A stretch of DNA of 64,000 nt, taken from NCBI GenBank assembly GCA_965116925.1, contig OZ220744.1:1408001-1472000 (forward strand). The letters are read 5' to 3'. Positions within the stretch are counted from its first letter, which is position 1, and each line of letters begins with the position of its first letter. This document shows positions 58,390 through 64,000 of this stretch, piece by piece. Below the pieces are notes generated by a model. It did not search any database. It was not told where the DNA came from and saw nothing but the letters and a program-made list of their open reading frames with translations. The position numbers were made by a program, and so were the translations under genes. The stretch comes from Candidatus Poribacteria bacterium. GTDB lineage: Bacteria > Poribacteria > WGA-4E > PCPOR2b.

Positions 58390-58432
58390 AAGCCCCAAGA
58401 CGCAGGAGGTATGGAGTTTTGGGGCTTTTTTT
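58390..58432. terminator. Intrinsic terminator between convergent genes
   Basis: AAGCCCCAA...TTGGGGCTT followed by a T-tract. Confidence 0.6.
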
Positions 58433-58694
58433 AGGTAACATCCGATTCTTGGTGTAATCCATCAACAATCCACTTCTGTAACAATTGAACAGAACTCAAC
58501 CCTTTTTCCAAAGCTAATTTTCGCACATCGCGTAAAAGATCCTCGTTCAGTGGCATAACGATTAAGTGTTTTCGAGGAACAAAGCTAACTATAACTTCAT
58601 CATCCTCCATATCTTCCCAATAATCTGCTGAATCGTGTGTTGACCAGAACTCTTGAATTTCTTCTTCACTGTTGAATTTTGGTATCCTTGCCAT
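58431..58694 (-). CDS. CopG/BrnA-like antitoxin
   Basis: IPKFNSEEEIQEFWSTHDSADY followed by a ribbon-helix-helix-like segment. Confidence 0.82.
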   Translation of the reverse strand: MARIPKFNSEEEIQEFWSTHDSADYWEDMEDDEVIVSFVPRKHLIVMPLNEDLLRDVRKLALEKGLSSVQLLQKWIVDGLHQESDVT

Positions 58695-58699
58695 ACATC

Positions 58700-58969
58700 T
58701 CACCTCCGTAAATAAAGCCGCCGTTCGTGCGAGCTCATATCCCGTGCACTAATTACGCGGACCATACCACCGCCCAAATCGAGATAGACCACAAATAGAT
58801 AACGTCCGGCTTCCGTCTGTCCGTATACATATCGGGTGCCATCTCTGCCGCGTCTAAAATAAGGGTCAGTATAGAAAACCTCTTCTGCTTCTTCGGGGGT
58901 TACACTGTGCCGTCGCCAAAGATGTTCTTCGTTCCGTTCATCCCATTGAAATCTTTCGATGTGTATCAC
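58700..58969 (-). CDS. BrnT-family toxin (DUF497)
   Basis: FQWDERNEEH..RHSV..EAEEVF, GQTEAGRYLFVV, RVISARDM. Confidence 0.88.
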   Translation of the reverse strand: MIHIERFQWDERNEEHLWRRHSVTPEEAEEVFYTDPYFRRGRDGTRYVYGQTEAGRYLFVVYLDLGGGMVRVISARDMSSHERRLYLRR

Positions 58970-59038
58970 TGATTTTTTCCCCATACATGTTTTCACTTGA
59001 AAAATTATATGTCATGGTCCGCTGTTGTGTCAAGACTT

Positions 59039-59776
59039 TAGAACTTACGCAGTTGAACGCTCAAAGTCCTGTAGTTCGGCAATTCATCGCCGTTGGACAC
59101 AACTTCCAACGCCCGTTAAGAAACGGGCAACTACAGTAGGGGCACCATCAAGGATCCCGACCACAATATGTAACTGTTTGTAACTGTTTGTAATACGATT
59201 TGACGAGCATGACGAAACGGTTCATGCTGAAATAGGGACAATTTTCCCATTTGCGCGGGAAAAATGGGAAAATTTGATTTTCGTAGGCGAAACGTAACCT
59301 TTTTAATCTCGCTCATGCGACCTTCATCTGCGAGATCTGCGTCCGTCTCTACTCTTAAAACTGAAGTGCGTAAGTCCTATACACAATTATAGTGAATTCT
59401 AAAAATAAATAAACACTTTCGCTCCCCATGTTTGGTAGGCGCTGTTTCTAACTGCGCCGATTTGGCGTGTCCCATTAATTCTAAAATCTACTATAACTTG
59501 AACTGATGTTTTACGCTTGGGTCAATTCAAATTGTCAAAATCTAACAAAATCTAACACTTTTTACAAAAATTCTTAGGACTTACGCAGTTGAACGCTCAA
59601 AGCCTTGTAGTTCAGCGATTTATTGCTGTTGGACACCGTTCTCAACCTTGGTCTTAGAACGGACCCCCGATGAATCAGGCAACTACAGTAAGGTTTTAGG
59701 TTTGTAGTAGGGCGATTTATCGTCCGTCCGGACGCGCAATGAACGCGCTACTACAAACTCAAGTGCGTAACTCCTA
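59039..59776. mobile_element. Cluster: MITE C (59039-59379), empty MITE A (59388-59495), MITE C (59575-59776)
   Basis: C-type TIRs at all four ends; CAAGACTT at 59031-59038 and 59777-59784. Confidence 0.75.
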
Positions 59777-59848
59777 CAAGACTTATAAAAAATGGCACAG
59801 AGATTGAGTACCTCGTCAAAAGCATGTTGTAGAGCAATGTGTTTGTGC

Positions 59849-59877
59849 TTGACAGCACCTATGATGGGTGCTATACT
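59849..59877 (+). promoter_or_regulatory. sigma70-like promoter
   Basis: TTGACA-N17-TATACT with extended -10 TG. Confidence 0.65.
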
Positions 59878-59996
59878 AAAGCCTATTCTTAAAAAATATG
59901 TTACACTGGAATAAAGCCTATCGAATCGTGAGGCTACAAAGATCTGAGCCTTGAGGATCGGTATAATATAAAATCCGTGAAAGGAGCTTTTGAAGC

Positions 59997-61037
59997 ATGT
60001 CGAAAAACAGAGTGGTTTTATTGGGAACGATTCTATTAGCGGCTGTGTTGATAACAACCGTACCCCATGCCGACGGACAATGGAATGTTTTACAACAGAT
60101 GGACATGGAGGATGTTCGGGACTATAATGGGGTTGCTTTTATCAGTCCAAACGAAGGTTGGGTTGTCGGTATTTCAGCATTGGATATGGACAGTCCGGGA
60201 TATATTGGCCACACCAGAGATGGAGGCAAAACGTGGGAGAAAGCGGAAGAGCCCATCAATCAGATGCTCAATGACATTTTCTTCTTCGATAAAAAAAATG
60301 GATGGGCAGTGGGCCAAGAGGGTATGATTGTTGGAACAACGGACGGCGGAAAGCGCTGGGATATCCAAACGAGCAAAGTTGGAAACTGGCTTAAAGGTGT
60401 CCACTTCGTTAGCCCCAAAATCGGCTATGCAGTTGGGATGAATGACACAATTGTTCAGACCACCAACGGAGGAAAACAGTGGAGTGTGCTTCGTGGTGGG
60501 GAGGTTGCCGCTGCTGTGGGTGACGAAGAAACGGTCGTGCTTAATGCTGTCCAGTTTATCGATGAATCTACCGGTTGGGTGACCGGGGTTAGAATTAGTC
60601 CTGAAACTGGGGGACAAGATGGTTTAGTTCAGAAAACCACCGATGGCGGAAAAACGTGGGTGGATCAACCCACAAATATCCCGGATATTCTCGAGGACAT
60701 TTGCTTCGTGGATGCCAATAACGGGTGGGCGGTTGGAGAAAACGGTATCGTCTTACACACCACAAATGGTGGCGATAGTTGGGGGCTTCAAACAACCGGG
60801 ACGGAAGAAAAGCTATTGAGCGTCAGCTTTGCCGACAGTGCTGTCGGCTGGGCAGCTGGCGGCGGGTTGGGTGTCAGTATTATCATCCACACAACTGACG
60901 GCGGAGCAACTTGGGTCACACAAACTATTGATGACCCCATCATCAGTAAGGTGCCTGCAAACGGTATTTTTCTGCTAGATGCAAACAACGTTTGGGTTAT
61001 CGGCAACAATGGTTTCGTTGTGTCATCTTCAAAGTAG
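59997..61037 (+). CDS. Secreted YCF48/HCF136-like BNR (Asp-box) beta-propeller
   Basis: Signal peptide; repeats F.D...GWAVG..G.....T.DGG.TW. Confidence 0.88.
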   Translation: MSKNRVVLLGTILLAAVLITTVPHADGQWNVLQQMDMEDVRDYNGVAFISPNEGWVVGISALDMDSPGYIGHTRDGGKTWEKAEEPINQMLNDIFFFDKKNGWAVGQEGMIVGTTDGGKRWDIQTSKVGNWLKGVHFVSPKIGYAVGMNDTIVQTTNGGKQWSVLRGGEVAAAVGDEETVVLNAVQFIDESTGWVTGVRISPETGGQDGLVQKTTDGGKTWVDQPTNIPDILEDICFVDANNGWAVGENGIVLHTTNGGDSWGLQTTGTEEKLLSVSFADSAVGWAAGGGLGVSIIIHTTDGGATWVTQTIDDPIISKVPANGIFLLDANNVWVIGNNGFVVSSSK

Positions 61038-61101
61038 AATAGATCTATTTGAACACAATCCTAAAGTTAGGAGAAACTATTTTCAAAAATTGAGGTGATA
61101 G

Positions 61102-62268
61102 ATGAATTTTGCAGATCGAATGGACCGTTTGGGAACGGAATCTGCTTTCGAGGTACTTGCCAAAGCCAAAGGACTAGAAGCGCAGGGTAAAGACATCGTC
61201 CATCTCGAAATTGGTCAGCCCGATTTCATAACCCCTGCGAATATTAGCGAGGCGGCTTTTAAGGCAATGAAGGAGGGTCACACCGGATATGGACCCTCCG
61301 CAGGTTTATTGGAGTTTCGTGAAGTTATCGCTGAACATATTTCGGAAACGCGGGGTGTAGAGATTCATCCGGATGAAGTCACTGTTACGCCTGGTGCCAA
61401 ACCTATTATCTTTTTTACCATCTTGGCACTTGTTAATGAAGGAGATGAAGTTATCTATCCTAACCCCGGATTCCCGATCTATGAATCTGTCATTGATTTT
61501 ATTGACGGGAAAGCAGTCTCCCTTCCGCTGCGTGAGGAGGTTGGTTTTCGCTTCCGGATTGAGGATCTTGAGGCTTCCATCTCGGATCGGACGAAGCTGT
61601 TGATTATCAACTCACCACAGAACCCGACAGGCGGCACGTTGGCAAAAAGTGACTTGGAAGCAATCGCTGAACTAGCGATTAAGCACAATTTCTATGTGTT
61701 GACAGACGAGGTCTACTCGCGAATCCTTTATGAGGGTGTCCATGATAGCCTCATCAGTCTGCCGGGCATGAAGGAGCGAACGATTCTGCTTGAGGGGCAC
61801 TCCAAAACCTATGCTATGACCGGCTGGCGGCTGGGTTATGGGATAGCTCCTACGGAACTAGCGGATAAAATCACACAGTTGACTATAAACTCTAACTCGT
61901 GCACCGCGACTTTCACGCAATTTGCAGGGATTGAGGCGCTGAAGGGACCGCAAGATTTTGTCCACGAAATGGTTACTGAGTTCAGAAAACGGCGTGACGC
62001 GATTGTTGACGGTCTCAATGCAATTGAGGGTGTGAGCTGCATTAAACCCCTTGGCGCATTCTACGTATTCCCGAATGTTTCAGAACTGCCTCTTTCTTGC
62101 CAAGACCTATCGGACTACCTGCTTGAAGACGCAGGGGTTGCAGTTCTGCCCGGCACCGCCTTTGGTAAATTTGGCGACGGCTACTTGAGATTGTCGTATG
62201 CAAACTCGCTGGAAAATATTCAGGAAGCCTTAGCCCGGATGGATTCAGCAATTTCACGGATTCGGTAG
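61102..62268 (+). CDS. Class I/II PLP-dependent aminotransferase (aspartate aminotransferase-like)
   Basis: GQPDF, NSPQNPTG, DEVY, SKTYAMTGWRLG, RLSYA. Confidence 0.93.
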   Translation: MNFADRMDRLGTESAFEVLAKAKGLEAQGKDIVHLEIGQPDFITPANISEAAFKAMKEGHTGYGPSAGLLEFREVIAEHISETRGVEIHPDEVTVTPGAKPIIFFTILALVNEGDEVIYPNPGFPIYESVIDFIDGKAVSLPLREEVGFRFRIEDLEASISDRTKLLIINSPQNPTGGTLAKSDLEAIAELAIKHNFYVLTDEVYSRILYEGVHDSLISLPGMKERTILLEGHSKTYAMTGWRLGYGIAPTELADKITQLTINSNSCTATFTQFAGIEALKGPQDFVHEMVTEFRKRRDAIVDGLNAIEGVSCIKPLGAFYVFPNVSELPLSCQDLSDYLLEDAGVAVLPGTAFGKFGDGYLRLSYANSLENIQEALARMDSAISRIR

Positions 62269-63183
62269 ATGTCCAACAAAGCAACCGCTCGTGTTCCAGC
62301 GAGCACTACAAACTTAGGCCCGGGTTTTGATGTCCTTGGACTTGCCCTCCAACTCTATAGCACGATTTCGCTTGAAGAAATTGACGAGGGAATCGAGATT
62401 GAGGTCACCGGCATCGATGTAGATAAGCTCTCCAACGATGAGAGCAATATTGCTTACCGAGCCGCAAGTCTGGTTTTCGACAAGTGTAGGTATAAGCCGA
62501 AAGGGCTGCGATTGGTTCTAACAAATGGCATTCCCGCAATTCGGGGATTGGGTGGTAGCGGCACAGCAATACTCGGTGGGTTGTTGACAGCAAATGCCTT
62601 ATGCAATAGCCCTTTTTCCCGCGCTGAATTACTCGATTTTGCAACGGAGTTTGAAGGGCATCCGGATAATGTTGCTGCATCACTGCTAGGTGGCTTGGTT
62701 ATATCTATGATGCAGGGGAGTCGTGTACATTCAATCCAATTGGACTGTGGTTTAGATCTGCGGGTTGTTGTGGCAATCCCCGACTTTTCGTTGTCAACCA
62801 AAGCAGCTCGCAGTGTTTTACCTCAAACAGTCGATTTCGCTGATGCCATCCACAATGTGAGCCGCTCCTCGATGTTAGTCGCAGCCATTGCAACAGGCAA
62901 ACTCGAAATGTTATCGCTTGCGATGGCGGATCGACTCCATCAACCGTACCGAACCGCTCTCATCCCCGGATTTGACGATGTGGCTGCATCCGCTATGGCT
63001 GCAGGCGCGTTAAGTGTGGCTCTGAGTGGTGCAGGTCCCAGCATTGCAGCCTACTGCACAACATCAGCAGATGAAATCGGTTCACAGATGAGCCAAGCCT
63101 TCAAGCGAAATCAAATTGCTTGCGACATTAAGGTTCTACCCATCGATTCCATCGGGGCAACTGTCCAGATGAATGGAATCTAA
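62269..63183 (+). CDS. thrB: Homoserine kinase
   Basis: VPASTTNLGPGFDVLG, EGHPDNV, DRLHQPYR, SGAGPS. Confidence 0.95.
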   Translation: MSNKATARVPASTTNLGPGFDVLGLALQLYSTISLEEIDEGIEIEVTGIDVDKLSNDESNIAYRAASLVFDKCRYKPKGLRLVLTNGIPAIRGLGGSGTAILGGLLTANALCNSPFSRAELLDFATEFEGHPDNVAASLLGGLVISMMQGSRVHSIQLDCGLDLRVVVAIPDFSLSTKAARSVLPQTVDFADAIHNVSRSSMLVAAIATGKLEMLSLAMADRLHQPYRTALIPGFDDVAASAMAAGALSVALSGAGPSIAAYCTTSADEIGSQMSQAFKRNQIACDIKVLPIDSIGATVQMNGI

Positions 63184-63305
63184 GCATCTGAAATCCGTTT
63201 TTTTATATTCCTAACAACTTCGCCGCTTATCCCCTCCTACCCTCTATTTTTCTGTTTCGTTCATTATTGACTGTGCGTTGTAAAATGTAAGGGAGCGAAC
63301 AAACG

Positions 63306-64000
63306 ATGAATACAGACACCGCAAAAATCTATGCGAAGGGCGGCAGGGGCGGAAATGGCTGCATCAGCTTTCGTCGAGAAAAGTTTGTGCCACGCGGTGG
63401 TCCCAATGGCGGTGATGGTGGACGCGGCGGTAGCGTTATTTTGGAAGTTGCCGAGGGAATAAGTACGCTTATTGATTTTCGATATAACCCCCATCAGGTT
63501 GCGGAGAATGGGCAGCATGGCATGGGTAAACTGATGCACGGATCGGATGCCGAAGATCGCGTGGTCAAGGTCCCAGCAGGTACAATTATACGGAGTCCAG
63601 AGACAGAGGAGATTATTGCTGACCTGAAAGGGATGGGACAGCGTACAGTTATTGCCCGTGGTGGGATCGGTGGCAAAGGGAATGCGCGGTTTAAGAGCAG
63701 CACGTTCCAAACCCCGCGTGTTGCTGAGAAGGGGGAGCCGGGGGAGGAGCGTACCGTCACGCTAGAGGTGAAGTTGATCGCGGATGTTGGCTTGGTCGGC
63801 TATCCGAACGGAGGTAAGTCAACACTGCTCGCCCGAACCTCGGCTGCAAAGCCGAAGATTGCGGACTACCCCTTCACAACGCTGACCCCCAACCTAGGTG
63901 TCGTCCGAGTTGATCCAGAACACAACTTTGTGCTTGCCGATATTCCGGGTCTTATTGAGGGGGCGCACGAAGGCGCCGGGCTGGGACATGACTTTTTGCG
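63306..64000 (+). CDS. obgE: GTPase ObgE (runs off the window)
   Basis: Hand translation from ATG 63306: [62 protein letters not shown]. Confidence 0.96.
   Translation, partial: MNTDTAKIYAKGGRGGNGCISFRREKFVPRGGPNGGDGGRGGSVILEVAEGISTLIDFRYNPHQVAENGQHGMGKLMHGSDAEDRVVKVPAGTIIRSPETEEIIADLKGMGQRTVIARGGIGGKGNARFKSSTFQTPRVAEKGEPGEERTVTLEVKLIADVGLVGYPNGGKSTLLARTSAAKPKIADYPFTTLTPNLGVVRVDPEHNFVLADIPGLIEGAHEGAGLGHDFL

Noticed and set aside
59997..61037. Photosystem II assembly factor
   Set aside because: YCF48-like propellers are widespread in non-phototrophs and there are no photosynthesis genes here.
63264..63760. Minus-strand ORFs of 148 and 88 aa
   Set aside because: Antisense to obgE, which the track missed because it lacks a stop within the window.

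Overview
About 64 kb of bacterial chromosome with moderate GC. Gene content points to Candidatus Poribacteria (inference): an archaeal-type pantoate kinase/phosphopantothenate synthetase pair, PhyH and Gfo/Idh/MocA enzymes, a DUF6785-like membrane protein, and FlgD-like and 'TxWGxxK' C-terminal tails. Housekeeping genes are rpmB, rel, recJ, thrB, obgE, an aspartate aminotransferase and a Tam/Bam-type outer-membrane assembly pair. Accessory content: (i) a probable metal-handling operon headed by a DUF2946-like leader ending in the RAPP arrest motif; (ii) an uncharacterised four-gene, ATPase-free membrane operon (DUF6754-like) behind a perfect sigma70 promoter; (iii) TamB and TamA/BamA genes interleaved with two paralogous HEAT-repeat lipoproteins; (iv) a NadB homolog lacking key catalytic residues; (v) a sulfite/nitrite reductase-TusA fusion with a long leader, separated from MoeB by an islet of intact and decayed toxin-antitoxin genes; (vi) several miniature inverted-repeat element families carrying GTAG-type REP hairpins, including an intact IS630 nested inside its own non-autonomous derivative inside another MITE. 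I recognised no tRNA, rRNA or CRISPR array. All family calls are by eye from motifs; no searches were run.
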